The notes beneath the pieces were generated by a model. It made no database searches, was not told where the DNA came from, and saw nothing but the letters and a program-made list of their open reading frames with translations. Position numbers and translations under genes: made by a program. A DNA stretch of 59,585 bases from an uncultured Verrucomicrobiae bacterium (GTDB lineage Bacteria; Verrucomicrobiota; Verrucomicrobiia; Limisphaerales; JAFGQR01). This document shows positions 10,168 to 21,500 of the stretch, in pieces (the first letter of the stretch is position 1; each line of letters starts with the position of its first letter). Where the stretch lies: contig CAWBHS010000045.1 of assembly GCA_963788655.1 (NCBI GenBank), positions 1-59,585 on the forward strand. Direction: 5' to 3'.

Positions 10168-11283
10168 ATGAAGCACATTAGCAAAATCGAAATCCAAACC
10201 CTCATTGTCCTTCTGTCCGGTTTGGCATTCGTCCAGTCGGCTTTCGCCCATGCCGGGCATGACGATTCGCCTCCCGCCGCTCCCGCGGACGCGATTGCGT
10301 CCGTCCCCGACGTCGCGCCAGCCAACAAAACGGCGGGGCAAGGGAGGTTTGTGTTTCGATATGCTGCGGACAAAAGCACGTTGCCGCCGGAAGCGCGGAG
10401 CAAACTGCATCTGGCCCACGGAGGTTTCGCCGTGGACCCGCGGACGGGCGAAGTCTTCTTTGGACTCAAAGGCGTGGGCATCATCTGGATGAGCAACGAT
10501 CTCAGTGAGAAGAAGGTTTTGCCCGTGAAAGATCCGACGTTGCTCGAGGGCAACTTCCACAATACGACCTTGCTGTTCAACGCCGCCGGCAAACGGTTTC
10601 TGGCATCGCCGGACAACGAAAAAGGGCGCGTTTTCATTATGAGCGACCAAGGCGACTTGGTGGCGACGCTGAACGCGCCCCGCGAAGTCAACGACTACTA
10701 CGCGCATGGCGGAAGTTTCAATCCCACGGATACGGAGTATGCGGGCCATCGGTTGTACGTGACGGATGGCTACTCGCCCGGGAATTTCATCTTGGAGGCC
10801 GATCCATGGATGGCCCGATGGCTGCCGATGTTTTTTGGCGGCAAAGCCACTGCTCGCGAATACGGTCTGTTTGGCACCGCTCACGGCATTACCTTGAATC
10901 CAACGACGCGCCGCCTGGAAATCGCTGACCGCGCCAATTCCCGGATTCAGACCTTCGATTTTGAAGGCACGTTTCTGAGCAACACGCGGTTGCCGGAAGG
11001 CTCGCTGCCGTGCGACGTGGACTTCTATCACGGCTATGCGCTGGTCGGATGTTTGAACGGGCCAGGCGGGAAGACCCCGGCGCCTTTTTACATTCTGGAC
11101 CAGGACGGCCAAATGGTTTCCGAAGTGAATCCGCAACGGGATTTCGGTCTGGCGCGGTACACGCACATTCACAACGCCACGTGGAAAGTCGTCCGTGGCA
11201 AAGACGGCGCCGAGGACAAGATTTACGTGCTCACGACGGCATGGAATCCCGGAGACTTTGCCGTGTTTGAATTGGTGAACTGA
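10168..11283 (+). CDS. Secreted NHL-repeat beta-propeller protein (PAL-like)
   Basis: Signal peptide then HAGHDD; DGY, AHGITL, ADRANSRIQ NHL motifs. Confidence 0.65.
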   Translation: MKHISKIEIQTLIVLLSGLAFVQSAFAHAGHDDSPPAAPADAIASVPDVAPANKTAGQGRFVFRYAADKSTLPPEARSKLHLAHGGFAVDPRTGEVFFGLKGVGIIWMSNDLSEKKVLPVKDPTLLEGNFHNTTLLFNAAGKRFLASPDNEKGRVFIMSDQGDLVATLNAPREVNDYYAHGGSFNPTDTEYAGHRLYVTDGYSPGNFILEADPWMARWLPMFFGGKATAREYGLFGTAHGITLNPTTRRLEIADRANSRIQTFDFEGTFLSNTRLPEGSLPCDVDFYHGYALVGCLNGPGGKTPAPFYILDQDGQMVSEVNPQRDFGLARYTHIHNATWKVVRGKDGAEDKIYVLTTAWNPGDFAVFELVN

Positions 11284-11321
11284 AGTGAGGGCGAGCAATC
11301 AATGACTGGCAGACGATGAGG

Positions 11322-11463
11322 AATGTCCAAGGACCAATGACCAAGATCCAGAGAATGCTCGAATGACGAATGACCAGTGACTCGGTCGGGTGCTGTTCGA
11401 CCTCGGTTTGGAGCTTGGGGAATTGGACATTCTCTGGTCCTTGGTCATTGAACATTGGACATT
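11322..11463. repeat. Heptamer-built long inverted repeat (AATGACC-type units)
   Basis: Left arm AATGTCC AAGGACC AATGACC AAGATCC AGAG AATGCTC; the right arm 11425-11463 is its imperfect reverse complement. Confidence 0.75.
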
Positions 11464-11530
11464 AAACCCATTGCCTTGGGGGGGTAATCGGATTGACTTG
11501 CCCGGCGTGGTTGGGGATTTTCCGGGGACT

Positions 11531-12268
11531 ATGGAATGGCTGGTTGACCCGCAGACTTGGATTGGCTTGGTGACCCTTACGGTGCTGGAGATCGTGTTGG
11601 GCATCGACAACATCGTTTTCATTTCGATTTTGGCCGGCAAACTGCCGGAGAACCAGCAGGCCCGGGCGCGGACCATGGGGCTCAGCCTGGCGTTGATCAC
11701 CCGGATTCTGTTGCTTTGCGGTTTGGCCTGGATGGTATCGTTGACCGCGCCGTTGTTCCGGATTTTCGAACATCCGGTATCCGGCCACGATTTGATTCTG
11801 CTGGTGGGCGGCTTGTTTCTGCTGTTCAAAGCCACCAAGGAAATCCACGAAAAGATCGAGGGCGAGGATGGCACGGTAACGCGGAAATTGGCCCCCACGT
11901 TTACCAGTGTCATCATTCAGATCTTGCTGCTGGACATTGTCTTCTCGCTGGATTCGGTCATTACCGCAGTCGGCATGGCCAACCGGTTGGGGGTGATGAT
12001 TGCTGCGGTGATTCTGGCGGTCATTTTCATGCTGTATTTTTCCGGCTACATCAGCCGGTTTCTGGACCGGCATCCGACGTTCAAGATACTGGCTTTGAGC
12101 TTTCTGTTTCTCATCGGCGGCACGCTGGTCATGGAGGGCTGTGGCAAAGAAGTTCACAAGGGTTACATCTACTTTGCCATGGGTTTTGCCACGGCGGTGC
12201 AGATGTTGAACATACGTTTGCGCGCCAAAACGGCTGGCAAAGTAGCGCTTCGGCAGCCATACCGGTAG
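11531..12268 (+). CDS. TerC family membrane protein
   Basis: LEIVLGIDNIVFISI; LDIVFSLDSVITAVGM; KGYIYFAMGF. Confidence 0.92.
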   Translation: MEWLVDPQTWIGLVTLTVLEIVLGIDNIVFISILAGKLPENQQARARTMGLSLALITRILLLCGLAWMVSLTAPLFRIFEHPVSGHDLILLVGGLFLLFKATKEIHEKIEGEDGTVTRKLAPTFTSVIIQILLLDIVFSLDSVITAVGMANRLGVMIAAVILAVIFMLYFSGYISRFLDRHPTFKILALSFLFLIGGTLVMEGCGKEVHKGYIYFAMGFATAVQMLNIRLRAKTAGKVALRQPYR

Positions 12269-12434
12269 CCCAAGACGGGTACTCACCCAAACCGTTCGCC
12301 CTGAAAATAGTGGGAAACCTTTGGCTTTTGGCCAGCGTCTGGCCGGAAAAATGACACCAGCCGCTACCACAATTGAAAGTACAAACTTTTAACTTTTATT
12401 AGACAATCCTGCGTGCCAGATTCCTACTTACATT

Positions 12435-14294
12435 ATGGATACATGTTGTTCTGAGAATGGCCGGGAGCTGGTGGAAATCCACCAAGCCACGGTTCGTTTT
12501 GCGGGGGATTCGGGAGATGGGATGCAATTGGTGGGTAGCCAATTTGCCGATTTGGCCTCCCAGGTCGGCAATACCATTCGCACCATGCCCGACTATCCGT
12601 CGGAAATTCGTGCTCCGGCCGGTTCACTGGCCGGCGTCAGCGGTTACCAGTTAAACTTTGCCGATGAGGAAATCACCACGCCTGGTGACGCGCCTTACGT
12701 ACTGGTGGCCATGAATCCGGCGGCCTTGAAGGTCAGCCTCCCGGAGTTGCAGAAGGGCGGCATCGTCATTGTCAATCAGGACGAATTCAACGAGAAGAAT
12801 CTGGCCAAGGCCCGGTACGCCACCAATCCGCTGGAAGACGGTTCGCTCTCCGACTACCGCGTGCTACCGGTGGCGATGACGCGGTTGAACGATGAGGCCA
12901 CCCAATCTACGGGCCTGCCGGGAACCCAACGGGCCCGCTGCAAAAACTTCTTTGCCTTGGGCGTCGTGCTCTGGCTTTACGACCGGCCCTTGCAGCCATT
13001 GTTCGAGTGGCTGATGAAGAAGTTTCGCAAGACGCCCCCGGTCATGTCGGCCAATGGCGCCAGCTTGCGCGCCGGTTACAACTACGCGAATACCACCGAG
13101 TTGTTCCGCGTACACTATCACGTGGCACCCGCCCGGCTCCCCAAAGGCCGTTACCGCCGGGTCACCGGCAACGAAGCCGTGGCGCTGGGTTTGATTGCCG
13201 CCGCCCACAAGGTGCAACGCCCCCTGTTTTACGCCAGTTATCCGATTACGCCGGCCAGCGAGATTCTGCACGAGCTGTCCCGGCACAAACATTTTGATGT
13301 CCGCACGTTCCAATGTGAGGACGAAATTGCGGCCTGTTGCGCCGCCATCGGCGGTTCCTTCGCCGGCGCCATCGGCATCACCGGTACCAGCGGTCCCGGG
13401 TTGGCGCTGAAAATCGAAGCGATGGGTCTGGCGGTCATGACGGAACTGCCGCTGGTCGTCATCAATGTTCAGCGGGCGGGGCCCAGCACCGGCATGCCGA
13501 CCAAGACCGAGCAATCCGACCTGCTCATGGCCCTTTACGGCCGGCATGGCGAATCACCAGCGGTGGTATTGGCGGCCGCCACTCCGGCCGACTGTTTCCC
13601 CATGGCGTTCGAGGCCGTGCGCTTGGCTACGAGATACATGACGCCGGTAATTCTGCTATCCGACAGTTTTCTGGCCAACAGCGCCGAGGCGTTTCCGATA
13701 CCGAACCCCGACAAGTTGCCCGATCTTCGCATTGCGCCGCCGCCGAAAAACATGCCCGACTTTGCCGCGTATCGGCGTGATCCGAAAACGCTGGCGCGGC
13801 CCTGGGCGGTGCCGGGCATCGAAGGTCTGGAACATCGGATCGGCGGGCTGGAAAAACAAGACGTCACCGGTTTGGTCACCTACGATGCGGAGAACCACCG
13901 GCGGATGGTGGACTTGCGCGCCATGAAGATCGCCGGGATCGCCGACGACATTCCGGCTGCCGAAGTTGAAGGCGAGCCGACAGGCGATTTGTTGGTCGTC
14001 GGCTGGGGCAGCACCTACGGCGCCATCGCGGCGGCCGTGAAACAAGCCAGTGCCGAGGGCCACGCGGTGTCGCATCTGCACCTGCGCTACTTGAATCCGT
14101 TGCCGCACAAGGTCGGTGAAATCCTGCGGAAATTCCGCCAAGTGGTGGTGCCGGAGAACAATCTGGGGCAGCTCAGCACCATTCTCCGCAGCCGGTTCCT
14201 GGTGGATGTCACGCCCTGGCCCAAGGTCGAAGGGCGTCCGTTCCTGATTCGCGAAATTCGCAATGCTATCGAAGAACTTTTAAAACATGAGTAG
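12435..14294 (+). CDS. korA: 2-oxoacid:acceptor oxidoreductase alpha subunit
   Basis: FAGDSGDGMQL, YPITPASE, EDEIAA, QRAGPSTGMPTKTEQSD. Confidence 0.93.
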   Translation: MDTCCSENGRELVEIHQATVRFAGDSGDGMQLVGSQFADLASQVGNTIRTMPDYPSEIRAPAGSLAGVSGYQLNFADEEITTPGDAPYVLVAMNPAALKVSLPELQKGGIVIVNQDEFNEKNLAKARYATNPLEDGSLSDYRVLPVAMTRLNDEATQSTGLPGTQRARCKNFFALGVVLWLYDRPLQPLFEWLMKKFRKTPPVMSANGASLRAGYNYANTTELFRVHYHVAPARLPKGRYRRVTGNEAVALGLIAAAHKVQRPLFYASYPITPASEILHELSRHKHFDVRTFQCEDEIAACCAAIGGSFAGAIGITGTSGPGLALKIEAMGLAVMTELPLVVINVQRAGPSTGMPTKTEQSDLLMALYGRHGESPAVVLAAATPADCFPMAFEAVRLATRYMTPVILLSDSFLANSAEAFPIPNPDKLPDLRIAPPPKNMPDFAAYRRDPKTLARPWAVPGIEGLEHRIGGLEKQDVTGLVTYDAENHRRMVDLRAMKIAGIADDIPAAEVEGEPTGDLLVVGWGSTYGAIAAAVKQASAEGHAVSHLHLRYLNPLPHKVGEILRKFRQVVVPENNLGQLSTILRSRFLVDVTPWPKVEGRPFLIREIRNAIEELLKHE

Positions 14295-15352
14295 TCCAAC
14301 ACCAACTTTGCCGGAACTCCCGGTGTCCAACAGTCCCGATTGTCTGCGTCAACTCACCCGGCGCGATTTTCAAACCGAACAGGAAATTCGCTGGTGCCCC
14401 GGTTGCGGGGATTATTCGATCCTGGCCCAAGTGCAGAAGGTGCTCGCGGGCCTCGGAACGCCGCGCGAGAACATCGTGTTTGTCTCCGGGATCGGCTGTT
14501 CCTCACGTTTTCCGTATTACGTTAACACCTACGGCTTTCACGGTATTCATGGCCGCGCTCCGGCCATCGCCACCGGCGTCAAATGCGCCAATCCCGATTT
14601 GTCCGTGTGGGTGATCACCGGGGACGGCGATGCCTTGTCCATCGGCACGAACCACTTGATCCACTGCCTGCGACGCAACGTGGACGTCAACATTCTCCTC
14701 TTCAACAACCGCATTTACGGTTTAACGAAGGGCCAATACTCGCCCACGTCCGAATTCGGTAAACAAACCAAGTCCAGCCCGTTGGGCACGATTGAACGTC
14801 CGATTTGGCCGGTGCGCACCGCGTTGGCCGCGCAAGCGACCTTTGTGGCCCGCTCGATCTATGCCGATCCAACGCATCTGGCGAAGACCATCGAGGCGGC
14901 CTCGCGGCATCGCGGTACGTCGTTTGTGGAAATCTTGCAGAACTGCCGGGTGTTCAACGAAGGTGCGTTCGAGGACTGTGTCGGATCGCCGGCCTGAGGC
15001 GGAGTCGCGCATCTTGATCGAACACGGCAAGCCGGTGCGTTTTGGCACCAATGGCCGCAAAGGCATCGTGGTGCGCGACATGGAACCGGTGGTGGTGGAT
15101 CTCGATAAAGACAACGTGGAGGAGAAAGACCTGGTGGTCCATAATGTTCAGGCGGTATCCCCCGCGCTGGCCGAAATGTTGGCCGCGCTCACCCCGCCGG
15201 ACTTCCCCATGGCGCTGGGAGTGTTCCGCGACGTGGAACGGCCGATTTACGAGGAACTGTTGACGGAGCAAGTCATGCAATCCGTCGCCCGGCGCGGCCA
15301 GGGCAACCTTCATGATCTGTTGAACGCCGGCACGACCTGGGAAGTCGAGTAG
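14287..15352 (+). CDS. korB: 2-oxoacid:ferredoxin oxidoreductase beta subunit; frameshift near 14980
   Basis: WCPGCGD, SGIGCSSR, GDGD..NNRIYGLTKGQ TPP motif; C-terminus in ORF 14792-15352. Confidence 0.92.
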
Positions 15353-15359
15353 GCCCCCC

Positions 15360-16835
15360 ATGTCTGGCAGCGCGGTTCCAGAAACGGACACTCCTCCCTT
15401 GGCCGTTTATCGGCTGCACGAAACGAATCGCAAGCCAGTCGCCCCAGCCTCTGCCGCCAGCGAGGAACACGCCTGGAACGAGCCGCTGTTGCGGCAGAAT
15501 GCGATTTGGTTCTGTCGCTTGCGCTGGATGGTGGTGGCGGTACTGGCGGCGGCCGGAATCGCCGGTTGTTTCCGGTTTCAATTGGCGGCGCTGGGTTTGG
15601 AGATCCCGCCCTATTGGCCGCTCGGCACGGCAGCGCTATTGAGCGGCATGAACGTGGCCTTCGGGCGCCTGGTCGAACGCGACGGCGAGCCGGGCTGGGC
15701 CATCTCGATCCGTCTGTTGCTTTGGGCGCAGATCGTCACCGACCTGTTGGTACTCACTTTGGTGATCCATTGGCTGGGCAGCGGACTGCCTTCCGTGCAG
15801 TTCATGTACCTGTTTCACATCATCCTGGCCTGCATCGTCTTTCCCCCGGGAGAAAGCTTTCTGGTGGCCGGGCTTGCCGCCGGCTTTTATCTGTTGTGTC
15901 TGTTCCTTGAATCGGCGGGCGTTCTAACGCGGCGTTCGGTCATGCTGGGAGTGACCGGACCGGAACTCTTGAGGTTTGGCCGGGAACCGTTTCTGTTTGG
16001 GGTCAGTTCAATGCTGTTGATCTGGGCGGTCATCTGGTACTTGGTGTCGCGGCTGGCCGGCACGTTGCGCCGCCGCGAGCGGGAGTTGGCTCTGACCAAT
16101 TTGCGCCTGAAAGCCAGCAGCGAGGAACGCGCCAAGCACATGCTTCAGACCACGCATCAATTGAAGGCGCCCTTTGCCGCCATCCACGCCCAAACCCAAT
16201 TGCTGCTGGGCGATTATTGCGGGGCACTGCCTACGGCGGCCCGCGAGGTGGTCGGGAAGATGTCCGCCCGCTGCATGGCTTTGTCGCGCCAGATTCAGGA
16301 AATGCTGCAACTGGCCAATCTGCGTTCCCAGGGCCAGACGTCGCCGCCGACGGTTAACGTTGATCTTGCCACCATGCTCGAAGCGGCCTTGGGCCGCATC
16401 GAACCCGCTGCCCGCCAGCGCGGAATCCAGTTGGAAAAAACCATCCAACCCGTCAAAGTCAGCGGCGTTGAAGATCATTTGACCATGATGTTCGAAAACT
16501 TGATCGTGAACGCCGTGAACTATTCTTACGACCGCGGGATGGTGGCGGTGGGTTGCCGCGTCACGGACGCCGGGCAACCGGTGGTGACGGTGCGCGATCA
16601 CGGAATCGGTATTCCGGAGGACAAGTTGCCCCGGATTTTTGACGACTATTATCGCACCGATGAAGCGGTGCAGCACAACCGGACCTCGACCGGGCTCGGC
16701 TTGGCCATTGTCCGCCAGGCGGCGCAGGAAGCCGGATTGGAGATCGAGGTGGAAAGCGCCCCCGGCTGGGGGACGTGTTTTACGATCAATTTTCCTGGCG
16801 GTGCCGCGGATCCGGAAGCAATCTCGAAAAGCTAA
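15360..16835 (+). CDS. Membrane sensor histidine kinase
   Basis: Multiple TM segments; H-box THQLKAPF; N box NLIVNAVNY; DHGIGI; GLGLAIV. Confidence 0.9.
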   Translation: MSGSAVPETDTPPLAVYRLHETNRKPVAPASAASEEHAWNEPLLRQNAIWFCRLRWMVVAVLAAAGIAGCFRFQLAALGLEIPPYWPLGTAALLSGMNVAFGRLVERDGEPGWAISIRLLLWAQIVTDLLVLTLVIHWLGSGLPSVQFMYLFHIILACIVFPPGESFLVAGLAAGFYLLCLFLESAGVLTRRSVMLGVTGPELLRFGREPFLFGVSSMLLIWAVIWYLVSRLAGTLRRRERELALTNLRLKASSEERAKHMLQTTHQLKAPFAAIHAQTQLLLGDYCGALPTAAREVVGKMSARCMALSRQIQEMLQLANLRSQGQTSPPTVNVDLATMLEAALGRIEPAARQRGIQLEKTIQPVKVSGVEDHLTMMFENLIVNAVNYSYDRGMVAVGCRVTDAGQPVVTVRDHGIGIPEDKLPRIFDDYYRTDEAVQHNRTSTGLGLAIVRQAAQEAGLEIEVESAPGWGTCFTINFPGGAADPEAISKS

Positions 16836-16847
16836 GCAATCAAAACT

Positions 16848-17246
16848 ATGGCCTACTTGTTAATTGTTGATGATGACCCTGAGTTTGCCTCGTCGGTAGC
16901 GACCGTCTGCGAGGGCGACGGTCACGAGGTCCTGACCGTTTACACCCCGGCTCAGGCGCTGGCGAAGGTGGCGGAACGGCGACCAGACGGCATCCTGCTG
17001 GACGTGATGTTTCCCGAGGATCCAAGTGCCGGCTTCCAATTGGCTCGCGACCTCCGCCGCCAGCACGGCAACATTCCCATTCTGATGCTGACGGCGGTCA
17101 ACCAGCAATTCCCACTGGGCTTCAGCAACAAGGATATTGATCCGGACTGGCTGCCCGTCACCGACTTCGTGGAGAAACCAGTGGAATTCCCCCTGCTCCG
17201 CGAGAAGGTCACCCAATTGCTCGCCCGCAGCGCGGCGGCCGAGTAA
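16848..17246 (+). CDS. Single-domain response regulator
   Basis: LIVDDD, LLDVMFP, MLTA, EKPV. Confidence 0.9.
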   Translation: MAYLLIVDDDPEFASSVATVCEGDGHEVLTVYTPAQALAKVAERRPDGILLDVMFPEDPSAGFQLARDLRRQHGNIPILMLTAVNQQFPLGFSNKDIDPDWLPVTDFVEKPVEFPLLREKVTQLLARSAAAE

Positions 17247-17300
17247 CTGGTTGGTTGCGGTTGATTGTTTACCCCAGCCACGGCAAAGCTCGCCGCCCCG

Positions 17301-18326
17301 ATGGATTACCGCGAGCAATTTGTAGCGATGTTGACCGGGCCGGAGCCGATCCTGGCCCTGGCGCCGATGCAGGATGTGACTGATCTGGCGTTTTGGCGGG
17401 TCATGCATCAATACGGTGGCGCGGACGTTTATGCCACCGAATACTTCCGGGTTTATCCCGAGTCACGCTTGGACAAAAACGTCCTCGAATCGATCATTCA
17501 GAACCCGACCGGGCGGCCCCTCATTGCGCAAATGATCGGCAACGACATTCCGGCGCTGGTGCGCACGGCGCAGGCTTTACAGCACTATCCCATCGTGGCG
17601 GTGGATCTGAACCTCGGCTGCCCGGCGCCGGTGGTCTATCGGAAATGCGCCGGCGGGGGCTTGTTGCGGGATCCCCAACACGTGGATGCGATTTTGGGCG
17701 CGTTACGCGAGGCGGTGCAAATCAAGTTCACCGTCAAGACGCGGATCGGCTTTGATTCTCCGCGGGTCTTCGATGAACTGCTGCCCATCTTCGCCCGGCA
17801 CTCGCTGGATTTGCTGGCCGTTCACGCGCGGACGGTGGCTGAGAGGTATCGCCCGGAAGTGCATTACGAATACATTACCCGCGCGGTGCAGGCGATGGCT
17901 TGTCCGGTCCTGGCCAATGGGAATGTCCATGCCGCCGCGCAGGCGCAGGCCATCCTCGAACAGACCGGGGCGCGCGGATTGATGATTGGCCGGGGCGCGA
18001 TCCGCAATCCCTGGTTGTTCGCGCAAATCCGCCAGCATCGGCAAGGGGAAGTTCCCACGTTGCCCACGGGACGCCAGGTGCTCGACTACATTCGGATGCT
18101 TTACGAGGCCGAGTGCAATCCAAGCGTGCGCGAGGCCGCGCAGGTGCAACGGATGAAGAAATTCATGAACTTCATTGGGGAAGGGATCGAGCCTGCCGGC
18201 GCCTTCCTTCATGCCATTCGGCGGGTGACGACGAAGGCGGAGTTTTTCCAAATTTGCGACACACACCTCGACCATGATCGGCCCATGCCGCTCGATCCGG
18301 TGGCGCCCGCGGCGGTGGAGACGTAA
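17301..18326 (+). CDS. tRNA-dihydrouridine synthase family protein
   Basis: LAPMQDVT, DLNLGCP, VKTRIG, VHART, ANGNV, MIGRGA. Confidence 0.9.
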   Translation: MDYREQFVAMLTGPEPILALAPMQDVTDLAFWRVMHQYGGADVYATEYFRVYPESRLDKNVLESIIQNPTGRPLIAQMIGNDIPALVRTAQALQHYPIVAVDLNLGCPAPVVYRKCAGGGLLRDPQHVDAILGALREAVQIKFTVKTRIGFDSPRVFDELLPIFARHSLDLLAVHARTVAERYRPEVHYEYITRAVQAMACPVLANGNVHAAAQAQAILEQTGARGLMIGRGAIRNPWLFAQIRQHRQGEVPTLPTGRQVLDYIRMLYEAECNPSVREAAQVQRMKKFMNFIGEGIEPAGAFLHAIRRVTTKAEFFQICDTHLDHDRPMPLDPVAPAAVET

Positions 18327-18525
18327 ACCGGCGGTCAAAGTTGTTGAAGCGGTAGAGAATTTGCGTGGCGGGTGCATGTCTCCGAACCGCAGCATTCGCC
18401 TGGGCAGAATTGGATGACGGCACTGCTGCGCGGGGTTCATTCGTTGCTTCTCCCGAGGTAACTCCAAGCTTGCCAAGTCTCTCGCCAAGTGACATCTAAG
18501 TGGTAATGGTTCAACTACGATTGCA

Positions 18526-21500
18526 GTGAAATCCGCTCCCATTCCAGAGAATGAGCTCATCCGCTTGGCTGCCTTGCGGCGGTACGACATTCTCGATTCG
18601 CCTCCCGACCATGCGTTTGACGAATTGACGCGGTTAACCGCCCAAATCTGCGGCACCCCCATCGCTTACATCTCCTTCCTGGATGAGCACCGGCAATGGT
18701 TCAAATCACGGTTGGGCCTGGGAGTGACAGAAACCCCGCGGGAGATTGCATTTTCTGCGCACGTCATTTTGCAGAACGACTTGCTGCAAGTGGCCGACGC
18801 CCTGAACGACGACCGGTTTGCCGATAATCCCATGGTGCAGGGCGCGCCTCAGATCCGGTTTTACGCCGGCGCCCCGTTGATCAGCCAGGACGGTTTGGTG
18901 TTGGGCACGTTGAGCGTGGTGGACCGGCAGCCCCGGCGATTGAGTGAATCACAAGCCGAGACGCTGCGGATTCTAAGCCGCCAGGTGGTCACCCAACTTG
19001 AACTGCGGCGCAACCTCTCGGAACTCGCCCGCAATATTGATGAGCATCAGCGCACCGAAGAACTGCTGCGCACGTCCGAGGCGTTTTATCACATGCTGGT
19101 GGAAACGCTGCCGCAAAACATCTTCCGCAAGGACGCCGAAGGCCGGTTCACCTTCGCCAACTCGCGTTTCTGCGAGGGCCTGAACCGGCGGCTGCACGAG
19201 GTGCTGGGCAAAACGGATTTTGATTTTTTCCCCGCCGAACTTGCGGCCAAGTATCACCATGACGATCAGATCGTGATGGCCGACCAGGAGAACCTGGACA
19301 CTATCGAAGCCCACGTGACGCCGCAACACGAACGGCTGTATGTCCACGTGATCAAAACTCCGCTCTATGACGCCTTTGGCAACGTGTTCGGCATTCAGGG
19401 GATCTTTTGGGATGTCACGCAGCGCAAACGCATCGAAGAAGAGCTGGCTTATGAACGGGATTTGTTGCGCGCGCTGCTGAACAACATTCCGGACCGCATT
19501 TATTTCAAGGACGTCTATTCGTGTTTCCTCCGGTGCAGCCATTCCATGGCCCGCCGCCTGGGCTTGCGGGATCACAAGGAAATCGAAGGCAAGACCGACT
19601 TCGATTTTTTTCCGCAGCCATTGGCGCAAGAGTATTATGCCGACGAACAGCGAATCATTCTCACGGGCCAGTCGATGATTGCCAAGCTGGAGCGGCAGGT
19701 CGATCCGGACGGCAATGAGATTTGGGCCAGCGTCACCAAAATCCCCACCTACAATCAGGCCGGCGCCATTACCGGAATCATTGGCCTGTCGCGCGACATC
19801 ACCCAACTCAAGCAAACCGAACAAGCACTCCGGCAGGCCGAGGAAAAATATCGCGCGATATTTGAGAACGCCGTCGAAGGCATTTTTCAAACCACTGCCG
19901 ACGGCCGTTATCTCAGTGCCAATCCCGCCTTGGCTCGGATGTACGGCTTCGAGTCGCCGGAGGAATTGATCCAGGCTCTCACCGACATCCGGCACCAGCT
20001 TTATGTCAATCCCCAACGGCGGGATGAATTCCTGCGCTTGATGAAGGAACGAGGCTCCGTGTCGGGTTTTGAATCGCAGGTGTATCGCCGAGACGGGAGC
20101 ATGATCTGGATTTCCGAAGCCGCCCGTTCCGTGGGAGATGTTAAAAGTAAATTGCTCTATTACGAAGGGGCGGTCGAAGACATTACGGCACGGAAAATCG
20201 TCGAATTGGAACGGGAAAAGGCCCGGGAAGCGGCGTTGGAAACCGCGCGCATCAAGTCCGAGTTTCTGGCCAACATGAGCCACGAAATCCGCACTCCGAT
20301 GAATGCCATCATGGGCATGACCGGCCTGCTGCGGGATACGGCGCTGAACGTCGAACAGAAGGAATACGTGGACGCCGTGCGCAACAACACGGAGCTGTTG
20401 CTGGGGATTATTAACGAAATTCTTGATTTCTCGCGGATCGAAGCCGGCAAGTTACTCCTGGAGATCATCGACTTCGAACTGCGGGACACGCTGGAGAGCA
20501 CGGTCGAGATGTTGGCCGAGTCGGCCCATCGCAAAGGCATCGAACTGGCCCTCTGGTTTGATCCCGATCTCGTCAATCTGGTGCGCGGCGATCCCGGGCG
20601 GCTGCGGCAGATTCTCACGAATTTGCTGGGCAACGCCATCAAGTTTACCGAGCAAGGCGAAGTAGTAGTGCGGGTTTCCAAAGCCGCCGAAACCGAAACG
20701 CAGATGGTCTTGCAGTGCGAGGTGACCGACACCGGCATTGGCATTCCGGAGGACGATTTGCCACGCGTCTTCGAGCCGTTCACCCAAGCTGATGGCTCCA
20801 CCACTCGCAAGTACGGCGGCTCGGGCTTGGGACTGAGCATCAGCAAGCAGTTGGTGGAGTTGATGCAGGGTGAAATCGGTGCCCGGAGCCAATCCGGCCA
20901 AGGCTCGACCTTCTGGTTCAAATTGCCACTGGAAAAACAACCCGGGCAAGCGATGAATCCGAGTTACGCCGAAGGCAACCTGGCCGGCCTCAAAGTGCTG
21001 GTGGCCGATGCGAGCCCGATTCAGCGCGAAGTGCTGCATCGCCTGCTGCAATCCTGGCAGATGCAGGACGTGTTGGCGGCCACGAGCACGGAGGCGCTCG
21101 ACGAGTTGCGGCGGCAGGCGGAGGCGGGCCGGCCGTTTGAGGTGGCCATTCTGGATTCAAAGTTGCCCGAGACAGATTTCACCGCGCTGGTCGAGACGAT
21201 CAAGAAAGATCCGGTTCTGGGCGCCACCCGGCTGATTGTCCTCACCCGCTTGGGGCAACGTTGGCGTCCCTCGGTACCCGCCCGCTGTCTGATCAAGCCG
21301 ATCCGCCAATCCAGGCTGTTTGACAATCTGGTGGCAGTGATGACCGGGCTGGCAACCAGCCCTGATCCCGTCGCGAACGAAAGCGATCCCTGCGAACGGC
21401 CGGCGCCTTTGCGCGCGCGCGCCCGCAACGTCCGGGTTCTCGTGGCCGAGGACAACCTGGTCAACCAGCGGTTGGCCTTGAAACAATTGCAGAAACTGGG

